A DNA stretch of 64,000 bases, from the NCBI GenBank assembly GCA_964016885.1, contig OZ024763.1, positions 23,064,001 to 23,128,000 of the forward strand, written 5' to 3'. Below the pieces are notes generated by a model, which was given only the letters and a program-made list of their open reading frames with translations, was not told the origin of the DNA and made no database searches. The number at the start of each line of letters is the position of its first letter. The first letter of the stretch is position 1. Shown piece by piece: positions 53,120-64,000 of the stretch. This DNA comes from Eledone cirrhosa. Taxonomy: Eukaryota. A program made the position numbers and the translations under genes.

Positions 53120-53528
53120 AGCCGACCTTACCCGACTACACCTCTCAAAGTCAATGACACACGACCGTGACTTCTGGCGTCACGCAGTAATACAGGGTAC
53201 CCGACCTCCCATGGGTACATGCTGAAGCATATAAACAATATGCCCCCCCCCCCCCCACCGCAAGGTGGTCGTGGAGGTGCCACGGCAAAAAAGCACCCAG
53301 CCCACACTGTAAAGTGGACGTGTAGGCGCCACGAAAAAGCACCCAGCACTCACTGTAAATGAGGTTGGTGTTAGGAAGGGCATCCAGCTGTAGAAATCAA
53401 GCCAGATCAGTTCCTGTATGAGCAAGGCATGGTCAGCCGACCAGACACTGCCCACAACAGGACAACCCGTCTAACCCATGCTAGCGTGGAAGAACGGACG
53501 TAAAACGGTGATGATGATGATGATGATG
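53120..53528 (+). mobile_element. 5'-truncated RTE (family A-related) insertion in the satellite, TSD ACATAA
   Basis: Frame from 53121 reads ADLTRLHLSKSMTHDRDFWRHAVIQGTRPPMGTC*, homologous to SDLTHLHLSKTMSLDRDLWCYAVIQKTR. 3' UTR and (GAT)n follow. ACATAA at 53114-53119 and 53529-53534. Confidence 0.93.
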
Positions 53529-56500
53529 ACATAACCCTATCAGTAAAGCCCTTTAGTATAGGTCAACTAGGAAATTATAACACACATAACCCCATCAGTG
53601 AAGCCCTTCAGTATAGGTCAACTGGGAAATTATAACACACATAACCCCATCAGTGAAGCCCTTTAGTATAGGTGAACTGGAAAATTATAACACACATAAC
53701 CCCATCAGTGAAGCCCTTTAGTATAGGTCAACTGGGAAATTATAACACACATAACCCCATCAGTGAAGCCCTTTAGTATAGGTCAACTGGGAAATTATAA
53801 AACACATAACCCCATCAGTGAAGCCCTTTAGTATAGGTCAACTGGGAAATTATAACATACATAACCCCATCAGTGAAGCCCTTTAGTATAGGTCAACTGG
53901 GAAATTATAACATACATAACCCCATCAGTGAAGCCCTTTAGTATAGGTCAACTGGGAAATTATAACACACATAACCCCATCAGTGAAGCCCTTTAGTATA
54001 GGTCAACTGGGAAAGTATAACATACATAACCCCATCAGTGAAGCCCTTTAGTATAGGTCAACTGGGAAATTATAACACACATAACCCTATCAGTGAAGCC
54101 CTTTAGTATAGGTCAACTGGGAAATTATAACATACATAACCCTATCAGTGAAGCCCTTTAGTATAGGTTAACTTGGAAATTATAACACACATAACCCCGT
54201 CAGTGAAGCCCTTTAGTATAGGTCAACTGCGAAATTATAACACACATAACCCTATCAGTGAAGCCCTTTAGTATAGGTGAACTGGGAAATTATAACATAC
54301 TAACCCCATCAGTGAAGCCCTTTAGTATAGGTCAACTGGGAAATTATAACATACATAACCCTATCAGTAAACCCCTTTAGTATATGTCAACTGGGAAATT
54401 ATAACGTACATAACCGTATCAGTAAAGCCCTTTAGTATAGGTCAACTGGGAAATTATAACACATAACCCCATCAGTGAAGCCCTTTAGTATAGGTCAACT
54501 GGGAAATTATAACATACATAACCCTATCAGTAAAGCCCTTTAGTATAGGTCAACTGGGAAATTATAACACATGACCCTATCAGTGAAGCCCTTTAGTATA
54601 GGTCAACTGGGAAATTATAACACACATAACCCTATCAGTAAAGCCCTTTAGTATAGGTCAACTAGGAAATTATAACACACATAACCCCATCAGTGAAGCC
54701 TTTCAGTATAGGTCAACTGGGAAATTATAACACACATAACCCCTTCAGTGAAGCCCTTTAGTATAGGTCAACTGGAAATTATGACATACATAACCCTATC
54801 AGTGAAGCCCTTTAGTATAGGTCAACTGGGAAATTATAACACACATAACCCTATCAGTGAAGCCCTTTAGTATAGGTCAACTGGGAAATTATAACACACA
54901 TAACCCTATCAGTGAATCCCTTTAGTATAGGTCAACTGGGAAATTATGACATACATAACCCTATCAGTGAAGCCCTTTAGTATAGGTCAACTGGGAAATT
55001 ATAACACACGTAACCCAATCAGTGAAGCCCTTTAGTATAGGTCAACTGGGAAATTATAACACACATAACCCCATCAGTGAAGCCCTTTAGTATAGGTCAA
55101 CTGGGAAATTATAACACACATAACCCCATCAGTGAAGCCCTTTAGTATAGGTCAACTGGGAAATTATAACACACATAACCCCATCAGTGAAGCCCTTTAG
55201 TATAGGTCAACTGGGAAATTATAACACACATAACCCCATCAGTGAAGCCCTTTAGTATAGGTCAACTGGGAAATTATAACATACATAACCCCATCAGTGA
55301 AGCCCTTTAGTATAGGTCAACTGGGAAATTATAACACATAACCCCATCAGTGAAGCCCTTTAGTATAGGTCAACTGGGAAATTATAAAATACATAACCCC
55401 ATCAGTGAAGCCCTTTAGTATAGGTCAACTGGGAAATTATAACACACATAACCCTATCAGTGAAGCCCTTTAGTATAGGTGAACTGGGAAATTATAACAT
55501 ACCAACCCCATCAGTGAAGCCCTTTAGTATAGGTGAACTGGGAAATTATAACATACGTAACCCTATCAGTGAAGCCCTTTAGTATAGGTGAACTGGGAAA
55601 TTATAACACACATAACCCCATCAGTGAAGCCCTTTAGTATAGGTCAACTGGGAAATTATAACACACATAACCCCATCAGTGAAGCCCTTTAGTATAGGTG
55701 AACTGGGAAATTATAACACACATAACCCCATCAGTGAAGCCCTTTAGTATAGGTCAACTGGGAAATTATAACATACATAACCCCATCAGTGAAGCCCTTT
55801 AGTATAGGTCAACTGGGAAATTATAAAACACATAACCCCATCAGTGAAGCCCTTTAGTATAGGTCAACTGGGAAATTATAACATACATAACCCCATCAGT
55901 GAAGCCCTTTAGTATAGGTCAACTGGGAAATTATAACATACATAACCCCATCAGTGAAGCCCTTTAGTATAGGTCAACTGGGAAATTATAACACACATAA
56001 CCCCATCAGTGAAGCCCTTTAGTATAGGTCAACTGGGAAAGTATAACATACATAACCCCATCAGTGAAGCCCTTTAGTATAGGTCAACTGGGAAATTTTA
56101 ACACACATAACCCTATCAGTGAAGCCCTTTAGTATAGGTCAACTGGGAAATTATAACATACATAACCCTATCAGTGAAGCCCTTTAGTATAGGTTAACTT
56201 GGAAATTATAACACACATAACCCTATCAGTGAATCCCTTTAGTATAGGTCAACTGGGAAATTATAACACACATAACCCCATCAGTGAAGCCCTTTAGTAT
56301 AGGTCAACTGCGAAATTATAAGACACATAACCCTATCAGTGAAGCCCTTTAGTATAGGTGAACTGGGAAATTATAACATACTAACCCCATCAGTGAAGCC
56401 CTTTAGTATAGGTCAACTGGGAAATTATGACATACATAACCCTATCAGTGAAGCCCTTTAGTATAGGTCAACTGGGAAATTATAACACACATAACCCTAT

Positions 56501-58958
56501 CAGTAAAGCCCTTTAGTATAGGTCAACTGGGAAATTATAACACACATAACCCCATCAGTGAAGCCCTTTAGTATAGGTCAACTGGGAAATTATAACACAC
56601 ATAACCCTATCAGTGAAGCCCTTTAGTATAGGTCAACTGGGAAATTATAACACACATAACCCCATCAGTGAAGCCCTTTAGTATAGGTCAACTGGGAAAT
56701 TATAACATACATAACACTATCAGTAAAGCCCTTTAGTATAGGTCAACTGGGAAATTATAAAACATAACCCTATCAGTGAAGCCCTTTAGTATAGGTCAAC
56801 TGGGAAATTATAACACACATAACCCTATCAGTAAAGCCCTTTAGTATAGGTCAACTGGGAATTTATAACACACATAACCCCATCAGTGAAGCCCTTTAGT
56901 ATAGGTGAACTGGGAAATTATAACATACATAACCCTATCAGTGAAGCCCTTTAGTATAGGTTAACTTGGAAATTATAACACACATAACCCCGTCAGTGAA
57001 GCCCTTTAGTATAGGTCAACTGCGAAATTATAACACACATAACCCTATCAGTGAAGGCCTTTAGTATAGGTGAACTGGGAAATTATAACATACTAACCCC
57101 ATCAGTGAAGCCATTTAGTATAGGTCAACAGGGAAATTATAACATACGTAACCCTATCAGTAAAGCCCTTTAGTATATGTCAACTGGGAAATTATAACGT
57201 ACATAACCGTATCAGTAAAGCCCTTTAGTATAGGTCAACTGGGAAATTATAACACATAACCCCATCAGTGAAGCCCTTTAGTATAGGTCAACTGGGAAAT
57301 TATAACATACATAACCCTATCAGTAAAGCCCTTTAGTATAGGTCAACTGGGAAATTATAACACATGACCCTATCAGTGAAGCCCTTTAGTATAGGTCAAC
57401 TGGGAAATTATAACACACATAACCCTATCAGTAAAGCCCTTTAGTATAGGTCAACTAGGAAATTATAACACACATAACCCCATCAGTGAAGCCTTTCAGT
57501 ATAGGTCAACTGGGAAATTATAACACACATAACCCCTTCAGTGAAGCCCTTTAGTATAGGTCAACTGGAAAATATGACATACATAACCCTATCAGTGAAG
57601 CCCTTTAGTATAGGTCAACTGGGAAATTATAACACACATAACCCTATCAGTGAAGCCCTTTAGTATAGGTCAACTGGGAAATTATAACACACATAACCCT
57701 ATCAGTGAAGCCCTTTAGTATAGGTCAACTGGGAAATTATGACATACATAACCCTATCAGTGAAGCCCTTTAGTATAGGTCAACTGGGAAATTATAACAC
57801 ACGTAACCCAATCAGTGAAGCCCTTTAGTATAGGTCAACTGGGAAATTATAACACACATAACCCCATCAGTGAAGCCCTTTAGTATAGGTCAACTGGGAA
57901 ATTATAACACACATAACCCCATCAGTGAAGCCCTTTAGTATAGGTCAACTGGGAAATTATAACACACATAACCCCATCAGTGAAGCCCTTTAGTATAGGT
58001 CAACTGGGAAATTATAACACACATAACCCCATCAGTGAAGCCCTTTAGTATAGGTGAACTGGGAAATTATAACACACATAACCCCATCAGTGAAGCCCTT
58101 TAGTATAGGTCAACTGGGAAATTATAACATACATAACCCCATCAGTGAAGCCCTTTAGTATAGGTCAACTGGGAAATTATAACACACATAACCCCATCAG
58201 TGAAGCCCTTTAGTATAGGTCAACTGGGAAATTATAACACACATAACCCCATCAGTGAAGCCCTTTAGTATAGGTCAACTGGGAAATTATAACATACATA
58301 ACCCCATCAGTGAAGCCCTTTAGTATAGGTCAACTGGGAAATTATAACACATAACCCCATCAGTGAAGCCCTTTAGTATAGGTCAACTGGGAAATTATAA
58401 CATACATAACCCCATCAGTGAAGCCCTTTAGTATAGGTCAACTGGGAAATTATAACACACATAACCCTATCAGTGAAGCCCTTTAGTATAGGTGAACTGG
58501 GAAATTATAACATACCAACCCCATCAGTGAAGCCCTTTAGTATAGGTGAACTGGGAAATTATAACATACGTAACCCTATCAGTGAAGCCCTTTAGTATAG
58601 GTGAACTGGGAAATTATAACACACATAACCCCATCAGTGAAGCCCTTTAGTATAGGTCAACTGGGAAATTATAACACACATAACCCCATCAGTGAAGCCC
58701 TTTAGTATAGGTGAACTGGGAAATTATAACACACATAACCCCATCAGTGAAGCCCTTTAGTATAGGTCAACTGGGAAATTATAACATACATAACCCCATC
58801 AGTGAAGCCCTTTAGTATAGGTCAACTGGGAAATTATAACATACATAACCCTATCAGTGAAGCCCTTTAGTATAGGTCAACTGGGAAATTATAACACACA
58901 TAACCCTATCAGTAAAGCCCTTTAGTATAGGTCAACTGGGAAATTATAACACACATAA

Positions 58959-59365
58959 AGCCGACCTTACCCGACTACACCTCTCAAAGTCAATGACACA
59001 CGACCGTGACTTCTGGCGTCACGCAGTAATACAGGGTACCCGACCTCCCATGGGTACATGCTGAAGCATATAAACAATATGCCCCCCCCCCCCACCGCAA
59101 GGTGGTCGTGGAGGTGCCACGGCAAAAAAGCACCCAGCCCACACTGTAAAGTGGACGTGTAGGCGCCACGAAAAAGCACCCAGCACTCACTGTAAATGAG
59201 GTTGGTGTTAGGAAGGGCATCCAGCTGTAGAAATCAAGCCAGATCAGTTCCTGTATGAGCAAGGCATGGTCAGCCGACCAGACACTGCCCACAACAGGAC
59301 AACCCGTCTAACCCATGCTAGCGTGGAAGAACGGACGTAAAACGGTGATGATGATGATGATGATG
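58959..59365 (+). mobile_element. Duplicate of the same RTE insertion
   Basis: Same junctions and, by eye, the same sequence as 53120-53528 except C12 versus C14; offset 5,839 bp. Confidence 0.93.
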
Positions 59366-62300
59366 ACATAACCCTATCAGTAAAGCCCTTTAGTATAGGT
59401 CAACTAGGAAATTATAACACACATAACCCCATCAGTGAAGCCCTTCAGTATAGGTCAACTGGGAAATTATAACACACATAACCCCATCAGTGAAGCCCTT
59501 TAGTATAGGTGAACTGGAAAATTATAACACACATAACCCCATCAGTGAAGCCCTTTAGTATAGGTCAACTGGGAAATTATAACACACATAACCCCATCAG
59601 TGAAGCCCTTTAGTATAGGTCAACTGGGAAATTATAAAACACATAACCCCATCAGTGAAGCCCTTTAGTATAGGTCAACTGGGAAATTATAACATACATA
59701 ACCCCATCAGTGAAGCCCTTTAGTATAGGTCAACTGGGAAATTATAACATACATAACCCCATCAGTGAAGCCCTTTAGTATAGGTCAACTGGGAAATTAT
59801 AACACACATAACCCCATCAGTGAAGCCCTTTAGTATAGGTCAACTGGGAAAGTATAACATACATAACCCCATCAGTGAAGCCCTTTAGTATAGGTCAACT
59901 GGGAAATTATAACACACATAACCCTATCAGTGAAGCCCTTTAGTATAGGTCAACTGGGAAATTATAACATACATAACCCTATCAGTGAAGCCCTTTAGTA
60001 TAGGTTAACTTGGAAATTATAACACACATAACCCTATCAGTGAATCCCTTTAGTATAGGTCAACTGGGAAATTATAACACACATAACCCCATCAGTGAAG
60101 CCCTTTAGTATAGGTCAACTGCGAAATTATAACACACATAACCCTATCAGTGAAGCCCTTTAGTATAGGTGAACTGGGAAATTATAACATACTAACCCCA
60201 TCAGTGAAGCCCTTTAGTATAGGTCAACTGGGAAATTATGACATACATAACCCTATCAGTGAAGCCCTTTAGTATAGGTCAACTGGGAAATTATAACACA
60301 CATAACCCTATCAGTAAAGCCCTTTAGTATAGGTCAACTGGGAAATTATAACACACATAACCCCATCAGTGAAGCCCTTTAGTATAGGTCAACTGGGAAA
60401 TTATAACACACATAACCCTATCAGTGAAGCCCTTTAGTATAGGTCAACTGGGAAATTATAACACACATAACCCCATCAGTGAAGCCCTTTAGTATAGGTC
60501 AACTGGGAAATTATAACATACATAACACTATCAGTAAAGCCCTTTAGTATAGGTCAACTGGGAAATTATAAAACATAACCCTATCAGTGAAGCCCTTTAG
60601 TATAGGTCAACTGGGAAATTATAACACACATAACCCTATCAGTAAAGCCCTTTAGTATAGGTCAACTAGGAAATTATAACACACATAACCCCATCAGTGA
60701 AGCCCTTCAGTATAGGTCAACTGGGAATTTATAACACACATAACCCCATCAGTGAAGCCCTTTAGTATAGGTGAACTGGGAAATTATAACATACATAACC
60801 CTATCAGTGAAGCCCTTTAGTATAGGTTAACTTGGAAATTATAACACACATAACCCCGTCAGTGAAGCCCTTTAGTATAGGTCAACTGCGAAATTATAAC
60901 ACACATAACCCTATCAGTGAAGGCCTTTAGTATAGGTGAACTGGGAAATTATAACATACTAACCCCATCAGTGAAGCCATTTAGTATAGGTCAACAGGGA
61001 AATTATAACATACATAACCCTATCAGTAAAGCCCTTTAGTATATGTCAACTGGGAAATTATAACGTACATAACCGTATCAGTAAAGCCCTTTAGTATAGG
61101 TCAACTGGGAAATTATAACACATAACCCCATCAGTGAAGCCCTTTAGTATAGGTCAACTGGGAAATTATAACATACATAACCCTATCAGTAAAGCCCTTT
61201 AGTATAGGTCAACTGGGAAATTATAACACATGACCCTATCAGTGAAGCCCTTTAGTATAGGTCAACTGGGAAATTATAACACACATAACCCTATCAGTAA
61301 AGCCCTTTAGTATAGGTCAACTAGGAAATTATAACACACATAACCCCATCAGTGAAGCCTTTCAGTATAGGTCAACTGGGAAATTATAACACACATAACC
61401 CCTTCAGTGAAGCCCTTTAGTATAGGTCAAATGGAAATTATGACATACATAACCCTATCAGTGAAGCCCTTTAGTATAGGTCAACTGGGAAATTATAACA
61501 CACATAACCCTATCAGTGAAGCCCTTTAGTATAGGTCAACTGGGAAATTATAACACACATAACCCTATCAGTGAAGCCCTTTAGTATAGGTCAACTGGGA
61601 AATTATGACATACATAACCCTATCAGTGAAGCCCTTTAGTATAGGTCAACTGGGAAATTATAACACACGTAACCCAATCAGTGAAGCCCTTTAGTATAGG
61701 TCAACTGGGAAATTATAACACACATAACCCCATCAGTGAAGCCCTTTAGTATAGGTCAACTGGGAAATTATAACACACATAACCCCATCAGTGAAGCCCT
61801 TTAGTATAGGTCAACTGGGAAATAATAACACACATAACCCCATCAGTGAAGCCGTTTAGTATAGGTCAACTGGGAAATTATAACACACATAACCCCATCA
61901 GTGAAGCCCTTTAGTATAGGTCAACTGGGAAATTATAACATACATAACCCCATCAGTGAAGCCCTTTAGTATAGGTCAACTGGGAAATTATAACACATAA
62001 CCCCATCAGTGAAGCCCTTTAGTATAGGTCAACTGGGAAATTATAACATACATAACCCCATCAGTGAAGCCCTTTAGTATAGGTCAACTGGGAAATTATA
62101 ACACACATAACCCTATCAGTGAAGCCCTTTAGTATAGGTGAACTGGGAAATTATAACATACCAACCCCATCAGTGAAGCCCTTTAGTATAGGTGAACTGG
62201 GAAATTATAACATACGTAACCCTATCAGTGAAGCCCTTTAGTATAGGTGAACTGGGAAATTATAACACACATAACCCCATCAGTGAAGCCCTTTAGTATA

Positions 62301-64000
62301 GGTCAACTGCGAAATTATAACACACATAACCCCATCAGTGAAGCCCTTTAGTATAGGTGAACTGGGAAATTATAACACACATAACCCCATCAGTGAAGCC
62401 CTTTAGTATAGGTCAACTGGGAAATTATAACATACATAACCCCATCAGTGAAGCCCTTTAGTATAGGTCAACTGGGAAATTATAACATACATAACCCTAT
62501 CAGTGAAGCCCTTTAGTATAGGTCAACTGGGAAATTATAACACACATAACCCTATCAGTAAAGCCCTTTAGTATAGGTCAACTGGGAAATTATAACACAT
62601 GACCCTATCAGTGAAGCCCTTTAGTATAGGTCAACTGGGAAATTATAACACACATAACCCTATCAGTAAAGCCCTTTAGTATAGGTCAACTGGGAAATTA
62701 TAACACACATAACCCCATCAGTGAAGCCCTTCAGTATAGGTCAACTGGGAAATTATAACACACATAACCCCATCAGTGAAGCCCTTTAGTATAGGTCAAC
62801 TGGGAAATTATAACACACAAAACCCCATCAGTGAAGCCCTTTAGTATAGGTCAACTGGGAAAGTATAACATACATAACCCCATCAGTGAAGCCCTTTAGT
62901 ATAGGTCAACTGGGAAATTATAACACACATAACCCTATCAGTGAAGCCCTTTAGTATAGGTCAACTGGGAAATTATAACATACATAACCCTATCAGTGAA
63001 GCCCTTTAGTATAGGTTAACTTGGAAATTATAACACACATAACCCTATCAGTGAAGCCCTTTAGTATAGGTGAACTGGGAAATTATAACATACTAACCCC
63101 ATCAGTGAAGCCCTTTAGTATAGGTCAACTGGGAAATTATAACATACTTAACCCTATCAGTAAAGCCCTTTAGTATATGTCATCTGGGAAATTATAACGT
63201 ACATAACCGTATCAGTAAAGCCCTTTAGTATAGGTCAACTGGGAAATTATAACACATAACCCTATCAGTGAAGCCCTTTAGTATAGGTCAACTGGGAAAT
63301 TATAACACACATAACCCTATCAGTGAAGCCCTTTAGTATAGGTCAACTGGGAAATTATAACACATATAACCCTATCAGTGAAGCCCTTCAGTATAGGTCA
63401 ACTGGGAAATTATAACACACATAACCCTATCAGTGAAGCCCTTTAATATAGGTCAACTGGTAAATTATAACACACATAACCCTATCAGTGAAGCCCTTTA
63501 ATATAGGTCAACTGGGAAATTATAACACACATAACCCTATCAGAAAAGCCCTTTAGTATAGGTCAACTGGGAAATTATAACACATAACCCTATCAGTGAA
63601 GCCCTTTAGTATAGGTCAACTGGGAAATTATAACACACATAACCCTATCAGTGAAGCCCTTTAGTATAGGTCAACTGGGAAATTATAACATACATAACAC
63701 TATCAGTAAAGCCTTTTAGTATAGGTCAACTGGGAAATTATAACACATAACCCTATCAGTGAAACCCTTTAGTATAGGTCAACTGGGAAATTATAACACA
63801 CATAACCCTATCAGTAAAGCCCTTTAGTATAGGTCAACTAGGAAATTATAACACACATAACCCCATCAGTAAAGCCCTTCAGTATAGGTCAACTGGGAAA
63901 TTATAACACACATAACCCCATCAGTGAAGCCCTTTAGTATAGGTGAACTGGGAAATTATAACATACATAACCCTATCAGTGAAGCCCTTTAGTATAGGTT

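Larger units (their letters stand above)
19140..64000. repeat. 55-bp satellite DNA array, roughly 800 units, running off the window end
   Basis: Consensus AAATTATAACA(C/T)ACATAACCC(T/C)ATCAGTGAAGCCCTTTAGTATAGGTCAACTGGG. Period is 55 (e.g. 20841, 20896, 20951), with recurrent 53-bp units; all units are head-to-tail in one orientation. Confidence 0.99.

Noticed and set aside
53128-59292. Minus-strand ORFs within the two satellite inserts
   Set aside because: They are antisense to an RTE 3' end; the meaningful frame is the short plus-strand ORF2 C-terminus.
19140-64000. CRISPR array
   Set aside because: Units are contiguous near-identical 55-mers with no unique spacers, no cas genes are present, and the context is eukaryotic.
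19140-64000. tetO-like sequence (CCCTATCAGTGA matches 12 bp of TCCCTATCAGTGATAGAGA), suggesting a synthetic operator array
   Set aside because: The second half of the operator palindrome is missing, many units carry CCCC, and the array shows natural mutation layers and a LINE insertion.
19140-64000. Satellite as a hammerhead/retrozyme array or a coding repeat
   Set aside because: The minus strand has CTGAT(A/G)GG rather than CTGANGA and lacks a following GAAA. The 55-bp period shifts frame, and the ORF track shows no ORF in pure satellite.
19140-64000. TGGGAA (CSL/Ikaros-like) site in each monomer; CCCTTTAG shared with the MITE TIR
   Set aside because: Matches of 6-8 bp are expected by chance; there is no further similarity or supporting context.

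Overview
Eukaryotic, repeat-only DNA with no recognisable host gene. The SINE types, RTE LINEs and (TA)n density suggest a cephalopod such as Octopus; this is inference from recalled repeat families. Bases 1-19,100 are a nest of mobile elements, mostly sitting in (TA)n microsatellites. They include a near full-length but disrupted RTE LINE (7228-10520, minus strand: APE endonuclease, RT, and a PHD-type C4HC3 finger inserted inside the RT region), truncated copies of a second RTE family, a CR1-like 3' fragment, tRNA-derived SINEs, a TTAA-flanked piggyBac-like MITE and several long inverted repeats. The region also holds a cluster of type I hammerhead ribozyme motifs: three look complete (16141-16211, 16483-16564, 17110-17180) and several are degenerate. 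From about 19,140 to the window end is a tandem array of roughly 800 copies of a 55-bp satellite (AAATTATAACACACATAACCCTATCAGTGAAGCCCTTTAGTATAGGTCAACTGGG). It shows kb-scale higher-order duplications and two variant domains, and it carries one RTE 3' insertion that was later duplicated with a 5,839-bp block. Most short ORFs in the supplied track are artefacts of (TA)n or antisense TE sequence.
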